Origin: Verrucomicrobiota bacterium
GTDB taxonomy: Bacteria; Verrucomicrobiota; Verrucomicrobiia; Limisphaerales; AAA164-E04
DNA: 64,000 nucleotides
Assembly (NCBI GenBank): GCA_047947115.1
Contig: CP170459.1
Span: forward strand, 2,075,218-2,139,217
Reading direction: 5' to 3'
Both the position numbers and the translations under genes were made by a program. The notes beneath the pieces were generated by a model, which ran no database searches, had not been told where the DNA came from, and was given only the letters and a program-made list of their open reading frames with translations. Every line of letters begins with the position of its first letter. Position 1 is the first letter of the stretch. Below are positions 29,301-44,300 of this stretch, piece after piece.

Positions 29301-32300
29301 GCAATGCCTCATTGCTGGACATCTACGTCAATAGCAATTCACCTGTTTATACACTACCTGCTAGTGCCGTTTCCAAAATCACCGTGGAAGGTAATGATGG
29401 AAATGATACGCTCACCTTGGACAGCACGCATGGACCGCTTTCTTTCCCGGGGGATGCTTCCGATCCTTCTAATCCCGAAGGGATCTTTTTCAACGGAGGT
29501 GGCGGTACCAATCAATTGGTTCTGGAAGGTGGAAAAAGTCACAGCCTCACCCAGGCGAGCGATGCAGGTGTCACAACTCTGACCATTCAGGATATTCGGG
29601 CAAATCAGCAAGCGATGTTTGCGTTTGAAAATGCCACGCTCGACAACAATCTCGTGCCGGCATCCGATCTGGAAATCTTTTATCATGTGATGACTGAGAT
29701 CTTTTTCGGTTATTCGCATTGGATGGGGTCAAATGATTCGTTGAGTGGTGATGGGATGATGGATGAATTGGCCTTGATTGGTTACTCGCTGCCACGCGTC
29801 TTGAACGGATCTCAAACAAACGATCTTGATCCGGTCGGTGATCCGGTCGAGGAGGCTACTGAAATGGTTCAGAGCGGATCAGTTCGGTCAACTTCGGGAC
29901 TGGAACGCCTGATTGAATCGGGTGAAAACGGATTTAGCCTCTCTGAAATTGGTGACACAATCCTGACCCTTGATGCTTTACGGGCCCGTCTGGATGATCT
30001 GGATGACGTGGCTGGGAATGTTGTGTTGGATGAAATCACCGATCGTGATGGTGACAGTTTGGCTGACGCCATTTTGACCATCCAAATACAGCGCACCTTG
30101 AATGGACAGGCAGCTTTGGAATTGCAGACTGAATACGGGGTAGGCGAGATTGATATCTCAGGGGACATGCATGTATCGGTCGATGTGGTGCTGGACTTGG
30201 TGGTTGGTATTGAGACGACCGATGGGGTTTTCATTGAGACGCTGGGTGGAGCATCCGGCCTTAGTGTAAGTGGACTTGAACTTGAAGGCTCTTTGGAGGG
30301 AACCGGTCGATTGGGCTTCCTGGAGGTCTATCTTGAGGAATCCCGGCTTGTGGTCGATCCCGCATTGACCTTCGGAATCACGCTGTTGGATCCTTCTGGC
30401 GGGGATGAGATTCGTTTTGATGAATTGATGGCGTTGTTATCCGATCCCTCATCCTTGAGCGATCTGGCCGAGTTTGCCATTACGGGATCTGCTTCTGATG
30501 ACCTGGAGTTCAGTGCTGTCGTTCATGCTGCGGCCATTCTTCCCGGATTGGATGATCCATTCGATCTGGGGGATGCGGAGATGACAGCGACATGGAGTGA
30601 GATTACCGATATTGATTCTGTGGCAATCAGCTTCAGCGTGGGGGCTGGTGAGGACTTGATTGGGTTTTTGGAAGTGACCGCGCAACGAGTGGTTGAGGCG
30701 TTGGAAACCGTTCAGAATACCCTTGAACAATTCAGTGTCGATATCCCGGAAATCGATCAAACCCTCGACGATCTCCTGCGGTTTGTGGATGGATTTGAAG
30801 ACACTATTCTTTCTCCACTCCGTGAACCTGTGCATGGATCCGTATCGACAGCGACGATTCAGGATATGATTCGTTCCTGGAACCGCGGATTGAACGAAGA
30901 ACTGGAAACGGTAGGGCTTCACTTCGATGCCGACGAACTTGAGTTGACCTATGATTTCGAATACAGCCATTTCTTCGGTCGCGACGGTGATGCCCTGGAC
31001 CTTTCCTTTGATCTGGGCGGGGCGGGATCGTCCCTTGGTATGGATGCCGAAGTGTCTGTCGAGGGGACGGTGGGATTGCAAACTACTTTGGGTCTCGACC
31101 TGGGGGCTTTGATCGGTGGTGGAGATTTTGATGACATTTTCTTTTTACAGGACACCTTGTTTGAAGGGGAATTGAATCTGAGCTTCACTGAACTGGATAC
31201 GGACCTGACGGCGGGTTCGCAAACATTCAATCTTGAAGATGGTGAGCTGGTGTTGGGAGTGAGCCTGACCATTGATCCATCCGGTGCGGACGATAATGCT
31301 GACAATAAGCTGAGCCTGACTGAATTGACTTCCGCTTCCTTGGAAGATCTGGTTGATCTGGACGCTACAGGTACACTGGATGCAACGCTTCCTTTCAATG
31401 CCGATCTGAGCCTTGATTTGTTGAACGGAGCCGGGCTGGCGACGGAAGGGGATTATGTCATTACCTTGCATACGGATGATTTGTTCGGATCGGATCCCAT
31501 GGACGTGACGGTCAGTCTGGATGGCAGTGTGACGGTGTTGGGACAGACGCTTGAGGGGCTCTTTACTTTCCAATCCACCACCATGGAAGGCGAATCGGTT
31601 ACTATTCTTTCGGGTGATCCGTTTACGCTGACTTTGTTTGAAGGCGCAGGGGGTGGTACCGCCCTGGTCTCTGCAATGGGTAGCGGTCACTTCGTGGTAA
31701 CCGACGACGGAGTGGCAGGCGAAGCCGAGGCTGCCCTTGTGGTTGGAGTGGCCGGTTTTGCCAACCTGACAGGTGATTTTGAGGTTAGGGTCAATACCAC
31801 CGAATCAGACTTCGATGCTACCTTTACGGTGGGGGGCGATTCGGTGACACTGGATCTGCCTGAAGGCCCTTACCTGCGCGTTGCGGGCGAGGATGTGAGT
31901 GTCGACTTGAGCATCGGTTCCTTCACCCAAACCGTCAGCGGCGATTTTGCTTTCGAACAAACGGGCGATGGCGATAACCGGCAAGTGGTCCTCGGGTTGA
32001 ACAACGTTTCCATGACCATGGAAGCCGGCGCTTTGACCCTGGAAGCAAATGATGGTTCAGGCGCGTTCCTGCTTCAGTCAGCAGGTGTGGCAGGTGAGGC
32101 GACGATCGGAGAAGTCATTTTGAACGGCGTTCCTGGTGTTACTTTGAATGTGGTGGATCTGGCCATTCGCGTGAACAACACCGGTATGGACATCAACGAC
32201 GGTGAAGCCGAACCCGGCCCGCTTACCATCGAGGTCGGCGGGGAAACCCTTTCGTTTGAATTCAGCGGTGCTTACGAGCAGGATTATCTTTCCGTTTCAG

Positions 32301-35300
32301 GTGGCGCCGAAATGGTGTTGGCGGATTTCATCACTCTGTACGGAAACTTCACCATTGAGCGATCCGAACTGGATACCAATGCCGACACGATTGTGGAGGA
32401 CGTAATCAAGGTGGGGGTTGAATCCTTGAACTTCACTTTGAGCGCCGGTTCATTTGAAGTGTTGTCCTTCTCTGATGGAACGGGCGCTTTTGTCTTCACC
32501 GATGAGGGCGTGGCAGGAACGGCTGACATGCAGTTCGAGCTGGGAATCATCGGTCTCAGTGGCGACATTGACATGGAATTGAACACACTGAGCCGCGCGA
32601 TTGAAGCCTCGGTGCCGGTGGCCTCTGGCGCGGTTGCATTTAACTTCACTGATACCGAGTTCCTTCGGGTATGTGTCACCAACGCATTTCTCAATCTTGG
32701 CTCCACTTCGATTCCGATCCCGGGTGATTTGTTGGTCGATGTTGACACGGGCAGCGGTTCGGTCGATGTCGTGGACAAGACCAGTGGCACGGTGCTGGTT
32801 TCGGTTGCTTCGGATGGTACGATTTCCACAGGGCTTTCCTTTGACGACTTTGCGATTTCCGGTCCGTTTGAATTCATCAGTTTGCTCCGGCAATTGCTGA
32901 TCTGGTTCAATGAAATGAGCGAATCGGAAGCGTTCAATGTCGAGATTCCATTCACCGATAACACGCTTGGGGAGGCGCTGGACTGGACGCAGTTGTTCCT
33001 GGATGAAATTTACTCCAACATGATCAGCGTCGAGTTGCAGTCCGGTGAGGATATTGACGGCATGATCGCGGATGAAGGGGATGGCATTGTGGATCTGGTT
33101 GATGTGAATTTCATGTTGCAGGTCGATGACGAAACACCGGTCGAAGTCACCGTCAACGGTTCGTTCAGTTCGATTGAAAACGCCAGTGATCCTTTCGATG
33201 CATCAACCTTGGTTGGTCTTTTCAACAACGCTTTCCTCGCTGCTGGTGCGGGGCTTTCCTCACAAGTGGTCGCCCGCAAACATGAAGAAACCGAGCCGGG
33301 TGTCGATCGATTTGTGATTGCCTTGCTGCCGGAAGCCATTGCCAAGTTGTCCTCCTTGAAGCTGGTGGAACTGGACGAGGATATGGAAGGGTTGGGCTTT
33401 GGTCCGAGTGACGGTAATTACGGGGATGAGGACGGTAGCGAAGCCAATCCATATACAACCGAGCAGACCGCCATCGAGACACATCGCTACACCACCGAAC
33501 AATTCTTTGTCGCGTTGGGCGATCTGCTGGGGATACCCGTTACTTACAATCCGGCCCAGTTGGTTTACACCTATACCGTCGATAAGGAAGCGACCTATGA
33601 GACGACGGTTCCGTTCAACTTCAGCGGGGACTTGGGCGACCTCGGCGGAGTGGCCGTGGAAGGGTTGGTCCGGATTGAAGCGACTGTTGGGTTTGAGTTT
33701 ACTTTGGGCTTTGACCTGGGCGCCGACGAAGTTCCAAGGATTCTCACATCGACCTTTGTGCCGACTCCAGCGAACGGCCGGATCAGTGAAGACGCCAACT
33801 TTGACATCTTCTTCAATGATGATCTTGCAGCCGTCAGTTTCTCTGGCGCCAATGCCCTGACCGCCGCTTCCACTGCTGATAATACCAGTATCAATGATTT
33901 GGCGGATGATCTGAATGACCTGTTTGCCACGGTAGATTACAACGGGTCTCCGGTCAGTGACTGGTTGGTGGCGCAGAAGGCCGGCAACGGTCTGGCCATT
34001 TCGGTGCGTCAGGAACATCTGGGAGTGATCAATCGACTGAGCACCCGTTCAAATATCGATGATACGTTCGCCACCGAGATGGGATTCGGAATCGAAGTGC
34101 TCGATCTGGACGGCAATGAAGTGACCGAGAATGATCGCTACTTTGTTTCCACATCGCAATCGGGAATGAAGGGGTTGTTTCTGGACGATGTTTCCCTTTC
34201 GGCCTCTCTGGCGGCCTACACTGAGACCGACACAGGAACTTATCCGGATGCCAATCCCGATGGGTTGACGGGAAGTCTGCAATTTGGTTTTGTCGAATTG
34301 TCCACGAGTGAGGGTGCCTTCGGAACCTTGGAATATGATGGAACCACACCGACCGAAATCGGGATTGATCTGGGATTGGAAAACAGTGGCAGCGGTGAAA
34401 GCCGGTTTTATCTCGCGGATTTGTTCCAGTCCCTGACGTCCACATCATTTGGTGACATGGTCAACGGACCGGATTTCTCGGGCAGCTTCCTGGCACGATT
34501 GCAGGGATTAAGCGTGAATGGATTCGATATCGGAGACCTGGCTGGAAGTGACCCTGAAATCTCCGTTTGGATCCCTGATATCAATGATCTCGAATACAAC
34601 GAAGACCCCTATGATGGCACCAACACCGGTGTGTTTGTGACATACCCAAATTTGGGACACTTGCAGAACTTCCAAAACTTCAGTTTCGCTCAATTGATCA
34701 ATGCGCTTCGGGTATTGGTCGACAACCTGAGCGAATTGAGTGCGTTTGGATTCCTGGACAAGAAGATTCCGGTGATTGATGCCAGCGTGAATGATCTGCT
34801 GGATTATGCTGCGAAGTTCGCCGAGTTGGTGGAAGAAGCAGCGAATCAACCTGCCGGGTCATTGCAGGCAGCGATCACCGAACTGGAATCCCAGATCGAA
34901 TCCCTGTTCAATCTTGATCCCAGCATCCTGACCGTTTCCATTGATACCAATGGAATCACTCCAGACCAACTGGTATTGAGCGGGGGAGATGGCTCGAATC
35001 CGGCTGGCACCACTCTGGATCCAGAAGGCGACAACAATGGACTTGTCATTGAGAGCGCATCCAACGGCACGGGGGATAACGGCATCTCGATACGTCTAGT
35101 TGGTGATTCAAGCGTGAGTGGAAATGATGCCAATGTAGAGTGGGACAGTGTGCAGCGAGTCCTCACACTAGGTATCCGGGGCGGAGAGACGACCGCTGCA
35201 ACGTTGCGTGATGCCATCAATGCGCTGTCGGGAACGCCCTTTTTTGCCTCTTTGCCGGGCGGTGAGGATGGTAGCGGGACATTGAGGACAACCGCATTGA

Positions 35301-38300
35301 AATTCGGGTTCGACTTTACCGCTGCCTATGGCAACCTCCTACCGCTGCAATTGGATCTCAATGCGTTGGTGAATCAATTGGCAGGCGACAGCGGTGCTGC
35401 AGCTTTCCTCGATGCAGCCACCACGCTGATCCAGGTCGAAGGATCCGGGTCATTGGAAGTCAGCGCGAGTGCTTCGTTGATTTTGGATTTTGGAATTGAT
35501 GTGACCAATCCCACATCACCCGAGGTGTTCTTCTATGACACCACCGGAATTTCGCTTCTGGCTAAGGTGCTTGGACGCGATATTTCCATTGAGACCTCGC
35601 TTGGTTCCGTGATTGGGATCTATATTGAAGACGGGGAAGTGACCATTGATCAGGATGGTGATCCGGATACTGATGCGGGCGACGACGATCGAGGTGTTGA
35701 GTTCGGCCTGACGCTGAACGACACGAATGGTGATTCCAGGATTTATTTCTCCGAAAACTGGTTCACCACCGACATCATTGACATTTCCCTGAATGGCGGA
35801 CTGAGCGTATCCCTGCCAATCTTTGCTCCGGTGGAAGGATTGCCGCTGGGCGGGACAGGGGATCAGAACGAGGACGGACATCCGGACAACGAGTTGTATA
35901 TTGAAATCTCCGATTTTGCCGGACTGTTTTCCGGGGAGGATGTGGTCACCATCATTGCCCCGGATCTGAACAACCTGATTCAAAATGTTGATTTCTGTGC
36001 TGTTTTAGAAAATGCGGGTTTGCTGATCAATGGACTGGATCAACTGCTCGGTTCGATCGAAGAAGGGCTGCAGGATCTGGTGGCATCCAATTCACTTCCA
36101 ATGCTTGGGGATGGTTTCAGTGATGCTGCGAACTTTATCTCGAGTTTCCGAAATGGTTTGCTCGCGTCCATACAAGCCGAGTTGGATGCGGCAGGCGGCA
36201 GCGCAGTGACCGTTGTTGAAAACGCGCTCAAGCAAGCTTTCTGGGAAACGCTGGGACCGGAAGGGTTGGATTTGTTGGTAGACCCTGATTCGGGTGAAGC
36301 GCTGGATCCATCACTGGGTTATCATCAGCTCGCCGTGATGCTGGACTGTGAAGCAGGGTTGGTGGTTGATCTGCGATTGCGCAAGACCGTCGCCTTGGTG
36401 GACACCAGCGAGAATCCGATTGATTTTGACATTGGCGTGCCCGGATTCGGGTTGGAAGTGAATGGAAATGTCAGTGTCGCCATTGGATTTGATCTCAAGT
36501 TCGGCTTCGGGTTGAACAAGGAGGACGGTTTCTATTTCGATTCCTCGGCAGGTGCGGATGATCCCGAGCTGCGAGTCTTCTTCGAGGCCAGCATTCCCGG
36601 TTTGTCGGCGACGGGGAGTTTGGCATTCCTGCAACTGGACGTCGGAGATGATCCGGATGATCCGAGTTCGTTTGTCGGTCAGTTTGTTGTGGATCTGAAA
36701 GATCCCAATCACGACGGAAAACTGACATTTGCCGAGATGAGTTCGAGCGGGGTGCAGTTCTCGGACATATTTGATCCGGGACTCGAAGCCGTGGCGGATG
36801 TGAATCTGGACCTGTCGGCCAGTTTTGGTGGCAATGCGGCCTTCCCGCGCGTGGTGGCGGAGTTTCATCTGGATTGGTTGTGGGATCTGGAAGAAGGGAT
36901 GCAGAGCCCTGAGATCGTGCTTTCGGACATCGCGCTGGATCTGGGGACCTTTATTTCCGATTTCCTGGAACCTATACTGAATGAGATCCGCAAGGTCACC
37001 GAACCACTGGATCCCATCATCGAAATCGCCACGGCCCGCTTGCCGGTGCTTTCCGATCTGGCTGGTCAGACCGTGACTTTGCTGGACTTGGCTGAACTGT
37101 ATGGTGTGCTGGAACCATCGACCGTTCGCTTCATTGAAACGGCTCTCAAAGTGGTCGACATTATCAATAACCTGCCGACAGGGAATGGCAGTGTGTTGAT
37201 TCCGTTTGGTTCTTTCCGGTTGGGCGAAGATGAAAATGGGAATCGCAACCAGATTCAGACACTCGATGCACTTGGTTCCACCGACTTTGCCGGAATGGTG
37301 AACAATGCCGCTGCCACCGATACGAGCGCGACCTATATGAATCAGGTGTCCGGGTTTGCCAGTGATGTTGACAGCCTGGATAATTTCAGCATCCCGATCT
37401 TCAAGAATCCTGCCGAGTTGTTCAACCTTTTCATAGGCGAACCGGTACGTCTCATCGAGTGGCGCATGCCGACCTTTGAGTTCAATTTTACATACACACA
37501 GAAAATAGCGATTTACCCGCCGCTTTACGCACACTTTGGAGGTTCCATTGGAGCGACCATCGACATCGGTTTCGGTTATGACACCTTTGGCATACAGAAA
37601 TACATTGCCGCCGAAGACAAGAATGTCCTGGATCTGTTCGATGGATTCTATGTTCTCGATTTCGATGAAAACGGAAACGAACAACCCGAACTTGAATTGC
37701 GGGGCGAGATCTTTGCTGGGGCTTCCATTGACCTGCTCGTTGCGGAAGCGGGAGTGACGGGTGGTATCTATGCTTTGATTCAATTTGACCTCAATGATGT
37801 CAACGATGACGGGAAGGTGCGCATTAGTGAAATCGTTGCCAACGCCCAGATCGATCCACGTTGCATTTTTGATATTCACGGAGAAATGGGATTGTTCCTG
37901 GAGGCCTTCCTGAGTGTGGACCTGTTTTTCTTCAGCATCGATAAGACCTGGCGCTTTGCGGAGATCACCCTGTTTGAGTTTGACATCACCTGTCCCGAAC
38001 CCGTGTTGGCATCGAAGGATGGTTCCGGGGTGTTGACTCTGCACATGGGAAGTGATGCGGAAGATCGTGAAGAAATCGATACCAGCGACTCCGCCGAAAC
38101 GTTCATCGTGACACATCTGGATGGCGATGAACTCAGTGAAACGGTGGAAGTGCAGTGGGGTAATTACAAGCAGACCTATGAAGAAGTCACAAAAATCCTG
38201 GTCGTCAACGCTGGGGCCGGAAATGACTTGATCGATCTGCGCGGCGTCTTGGTGCCCGCCGAAGTCCATGGAGGCGTTGGTAATGACACGATCTACCTCA

Positions 38301-41300
38301 GTGACGGCATGGGCGCCGTTGTTTATGGCGATGAAGGCAACGACACCATCGTGGCCAGTTCCGCCGCTTCGGCCACGGGCGTGACTCTTTACGGTGGTGA
38401 TGGCAACGATGTATTCACGCCGGGAACGGTTTCCATCACGATCTACGGCGATGGAGGAGCCGATATAATTCCGGGTAGTCCCGAGGGAGACTTCCTGTAT
38501 GGCGGAGCCGGGGAAGATACCATTCTGGGCGCAGGTGGGGATGACTATCTGGAAGGTGGCGATGGCAAGGATACTCTTGAAGGATCGGCGGGTAGTGACC
38601 TGCTCTATGGCGGTCTCGGCACCGACGTGCTTCGAGGAGGCCGTGATGATGATCTGCTGGACGGTGGGGAAGATGAGGATGTGCTCTATGGAGGTAGCGG
38701 TAATGATCTGTTGATCGGTGGAGAGGATGCGGACAAAGCCTACGGACATGGCGGTATCGATCTTTTGATCGGGGATAATGTGGCCACCATTTTTGGAGCC
38801 GCTCCATCTCGGGATACTCTTCCTTTGCTTGCTGACATTCCAACTTCCGGACTTCAAGTGACCGGTCTGACCGGTTTGGGTAATGATTTCCTGATCGGCG
38901 GCGGCAATGTGGATGTGCTCTTTGGTGGTGACGGGGATGATTTCCTTTACGGTGGCAACATGTTCGCCAATGGGGAAACCGAGATCATTGAGGAAGATCA
39001 CAATGATTTCTTCGATGGCGGCGCCGGGGATGATGTGATCTTTGGCGACGATGCAATGGGACGCACGGGAGATCGTGACACAGGCATCGAGATCCGGGGG
39101 GCTGTCTGGTATGACAACAACAAGAATGATGTCTGGGATGATGAAGAAGTCGGGTTTGGATCGATTACGGTCGAGCTTCGCAAACAAAGTGATGACAGTT
39201 TGATCGCAACCGAAGTAAGTGGTTCCGATGGTTCGTTTGTGTTCAAGGGGCTGGATCCCAATAATTACTACCTCGTTGCCAGCAAGCCTGCCGACCTGGA
39301 TTATCTGGTGTCAGATCCTGCTCATGACGGAGAGGCATCGTACGTTGATAGCGATTTCATTGATGCTGCCGGCCGCACGGCCACGTTTGCGTTGGATTAC
39401 GATGAGGTGGAAACATCCATTGCGATTGGTTATGTGGGCGATCCGCTGCTGTCCATTGGGGATATCTCAGTAGAGGAAGGGGATTCGGGTGTCATCAATG
39501 CCACCTTCACCATCACTCTTTCAGGTCCTCAGCTTTATGTCGCTACCGTGGATTATGAAACAGTGGATACAACGACAACAGCCAAAGAGGCTGACGGAGA
39601 CTTTGAGTTCACGAGTGGCACATTGGAATTCGCTCCGGGTGAGACTTCGCTTCAGGTGGTAGTGCCTGTTTTGGGTGATCTCACGTATGAGGATCACGAG
39701 CAGTTCGTTCTCCAATTGAGCAATCCAAGCGCAGGTATCGTCCTGCCTGCAGTACCGAGCGCCACGGCGACGATTGTCAACAACGATCCCATACCTCAGA
39801 TTTCCATCAGTGATTTCAACCCCATTCCAATCGATTACGAAGACGCAGATGAAACGCGTCCGATTTACGATGAAGATCAGGATGCCGAGTTCATCATTTC
39901 GCTGAGCAATCCGTCCCATAACACGATCGAGGTCTCCTGGACCACCGATGTGGCGATCACCTCAAGGGGCTTGGCGGTGAATGACGCAGCCACACCTTTC
40001 GGTTTGCCGGATGGTGATTTCATTCCCGCAAGTGGAACCGTGATCTTTGAACCGGGAGAAACGCGCCAGACCATAACCGTGGAGGTGCTGGATGACGATG
40101 GATACGATACGGACGGTGATCCTGCCACGGTTGTGCTGGACGAAGCGGCAGAAACTTTCCACGTCAACCTGTCTAATGCCAAGTTTGCCTTCATCAGCGA
40201 TGATCGCGGTGTGGGGATCATTGAAGACGATGACGATCCGGTCAGTGTTTCCATTGCGCCCAACTCGCCCTACGATCCTGATGGCGCCGGTCCCATGACT
40301 CCATTGCCTTTCGAGACGCATGTTGTCGAAGGGAACTCCGGATCACAGTATGTTGAGTTTGAAGTGACCTTGTCGGAACGTAGTTCACTGCCCGTGACGG
40401 TCCAATACAGCACCTCACCCGGAACGGCGGTAGGTTCGGTCTATAGTAAACAGAGCAAGGCGATCAAAGACCTGCCTGACTATGAGCCTACGCCGCAGGA
40501 AGACAAGACGGATCACGAACTGGAGCTTTTGTTTGCGCCAGGCGAAGTTTCGAAGACTTTCACCGTGGAAGTCTACGGAGATAATCGCATCGAATCCGAT
40601 GAAGATTTCTTCGTTAATTTGTTGAGCGCCCATAACGCAGATATCGCCACGGATCCGACAACTGAGAATAATCATGTGACGGTGGTGATCGAAAATGATG
40701 ACAGCATGGTCAGCGTGGACTACGGTCCATACAGCATCTGGTTCAGCGATCAGATGTATGTGGTGGATGAACCGGACGCCGGATCGGAGGATGCTGAGAT
40801 CACCGTTATCAGGGCAGACGGCAGCTCCTATGCCATCGCTGTTTTGACGGCTTTCGATATTTCGGCCACCTCGGGAGCAGATTATGATCCTGTCTTTCGA
40901 ACCCTGCTGGTATTTGAGCCCGGTGAAAATTCCAAGACCGTATTGATCCCGGTTCATGCCGATGATCTGAGTGAAGGGGATGAGGAAGTCTTGTTGTTGT
41001 TGCAGGATCCCACCGGAGACGTGGTGAACGGTGAACCCTATGCGTCTACATTGGTGATCAGGGATGGCGACACACCTCAGCTTTCCATCGAACCGCCCGT
41101 CTTTGCATCCTTGCCTTGGGGAATAGATATTCCTGGCATCAAGGAAAACGGTGTGCCTCCCCATGAATTTACCGTCAAACTGAGCGCCGACGCGCCTCCA
41201 GGCGGAGTCACCGTTTATTATGAAACAGTGGCTATCTCGGCACGTGAAGGCACGGACTTTATCGCGGACTCCGGTTGGATCGTGATTCCGGAAGGTCAGG

Positions 41301-44300
41301 ATGAATTCCCTCTGGAAGTCGTGATTGTGGATGATGCGATTGCGGAACCCAATGAACGATTTGCCGTACGTTTGAGTCAGGCAAGTGGGGCCGATCTTGC
41401 GGTCGAAGATAGTGTCGCTGTAGCTATCATCTTTGATGACGATGGGATTGAGGTGTCAGGTGTGGTTTTCTATGATGCCAATGCCAACGGCTTCCAGGAC
41501 TACAATGAACGGGGGATCAACGATGTCGATGTGACGATCAGCTGGTATGAAGACGGCGCCGAACAGACCGCTACGGTGCAGACCCAGACAGTGGGCGGCG
41601 TGCAGGGTGTCTTCACCCGCGATGTGTTCCTGGGGCAAGTTGCCATTGCTGTGGATGGCACTTCGGTGACTTCTCCTTACAAGGGATTTGGTATTCTCGG
41701 GTCAGGCAGCTATGAAACCACCACCGATAATGAGAGTCAGGCGGTGGAGTTCCTCGGGGCGGAAGGTATCTCTCCATTCGAACCGGTCGGTTATGATACG
41801 TCATCCCGGTTTGATACGCCTGTCGAGACCGATGATGTGGGCAGAGGCGGTACGGATGATACCATCTTCGGAGGTCCCGGTGATGACACTATTGATGCCG
41901 GAGCTGGGGATGATCACGTTGTGGGCGGGCATTGGATGACCGCTACCGATGGGAATGCCGCCGTGAATCTGGGTGATTATGACGCAGATCTGTTGGTGGT
42001 GACAGATCCTGCCGGTGATCCGGACACCTTGCACAACGTCTACGATGAAGGTCCCATCTTTGAAATCGACCTTGGCAGTCTGCCCGCAGGAGGGTCGATC
42101 TCCGGTCAGATCTGGGAAGATGTGAATGATTCCGATACCCAGGATGGTGCGGATAATCTGTTTGCTGAGGAAGTGATCGTGCATCTTTTCGATGACCTGG
42201 GCAATGCGGTGAATTCCATGGTGACGACCGATGGCGAATATACGTTTGATTATCTTGCCTTGAAGGAAGGTGGCGATCCGAGCGGTTATATCGTGGCCTT
42301 CGAATTACCGCAGGGATGGACTTTTGTCGTTCCTGAAATAGGTGGCGACGATACGGCCGACAGCGATGTGCTGGCGGGCAACCGCACCTTGGTGGTGGAT
42401 ATCAGTGAGGGATTGCCGGACGTGGCGAATGTGGATGCCGGGGTGAAGCCTTCGGATGCCATTCCTGCTTCCAACAGTGGTGGATTTGAATTCGGTGAAG
42501 TGGCTTACACGGTTGGGCAGGAGGAAGGTTTTGTCACCATCGAAGTGGTGCGTGGCAATTCGACGAAACAAGCCGCGGTGATTTATCGGACTCACGATGG
42601 TTCAGCGGAAGCAGGAACGCATTACGACTCGGTGACCGGGATTCTGGTGTTCGAAGTGGGCGAGACCTATCGTTCCTTCGATGTGCCCGTGCATGATACC
42701 GGGTTGGGAATCAGTGAAACCGTTGAGTTCGCTCTCACACTCCATGAACCCACCGGTCGGCCATTGGATGAAACACTCGTCTATATTTATGGCGATGGCC
42801 AGGGAACCTTGACCGATGACGATACGATTCAAGGCGGAGACGATTGGGATATTATCCTTGGCGATTCAGGTGCCATACCTGCCGAAGTGGTCATGGCCGA
42901 TCCAGCCTCGCTTCTTACCATTATTACCAGGGGTGGTCCGGGTAAGGATAACATTGATGGCGGCAATGGCCCCGATTACATCGATAGTCAACTGGACGAT
43001 GACCTGGTCGCCGGCTCTGAAGGTCAGGATGTCGTTTATGCCGGTCTGGGTGACGATGAGGTGTGGGCCGAGCTGGACGATGACGATCTGAATGGGCAGC
43101 ATGGTGAGGACACCATTGTTTCCGTGCGCGATGTAGTTCGAATCGAACTTTCTCCTGACTTCCTGGTGCATTATGGCAATTCGGAAGGAACCGGTCCGGC
43201 ATTGAGCACGTTTACCTTGAATGACAGCTTCGAGATTGCCCGCCTCTCGGCAGGTGCGACCGACAATGTCTTTGTCTTCACCGATTGGGAAGGTTCGGTG
43301 TTTGTCGATGCTTCCGGAGGTGAGGACAGTTTGCATGTCACATTCGATTCCGACATGACTTTGACGGATGTGGTTCTGGCCTATCCCTGGAATGCTATTT
43401 TCAATCAGATGCACGGCTTCTTTAAGGATGGAGCCATCAGTTTGCCTGATGATCAAACGTACCATCTGGGTTCTGTCGAGAACGTGAAACTCACCGGTGG
43501 CGCGAGCGCGAATCACCTGGATGCATCCGGCTATTCGCGTAAAGCCATTCTGGAAGGAGCTGGTGGTGATGACGTGCTGGAGGGTGGTTCCAATGATGAT
43601 GTTTTCGTGTTTGACGCCGATGATCCGCTTGGTGTGGATACCGTGATGGGTAACGGGGGGACGGATTGGTTGGATTTCTCATCCACCAGCGCTTCGGTCA
43701 CAGTGGACCTTTCAGTTCTGTTGGTGGATCAAAGCGTGAATGGTAATCTGAACCTTATCCTGGATGACGAGATCGAAGCGGTCATCGGTGGGGAGAATGA
43801 TGACGAATTGATCGGTAATTTCCTGGATAATATTTTACTCGGAGGTCCGGGTGACGATATTCTGGCAGGTGGATTGGGTGATGAAACCTACGCGTTCGAT
43901 ACCGATGAAGCATGGGGCAATGAAACCATCATTGAAAATGCCGGGGAAGGTCACGACGTGATCGATTTCTCCGACACCTCCACCCTGAACGTTGTCTTCG
44001 ATCTCAGCAATACGGCAGCACAGGCGGTCAATGCGAATCTCACGCTCTCGGTTCAAGACTCAGGAGGTGGTGTGGGTGAAATCGAAGGGATCATTGGGGG
44101 TGATCTGGATGACGTCCTGTCCGGAAATAATGAGGACAACACCCTGGTGGGAGGTCCCGGTGTGGATACGTTGAATGGAGCCGGTGGGGATGATGTGCTG
44201 GATGGTGGAACCGGCAATGACGTGTTATCCGGGGGTGAGGGAACGGACACCATTCACGAATCCGAGGACACTCATTTCTATTTGAGCGATTCGATCCTGA

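Noticed and set aside
36311-39187. A 958-aa ORF on the minus strand inside the giant gene, plus dozens of shorter antisense or alternate-frame ORFs between 23.4 and 46.7 kb.
   Set aside because: It is antisense to a continuous, domain-rich sense ORF, and its translation is low-complexity with no recognisable motif. The sense strand is dominated by GAT/GAC/GGT/GAA-type codons. These rarely produce TTA/CTA/TCA, so long stop-free antisense frames are expected as shadows.
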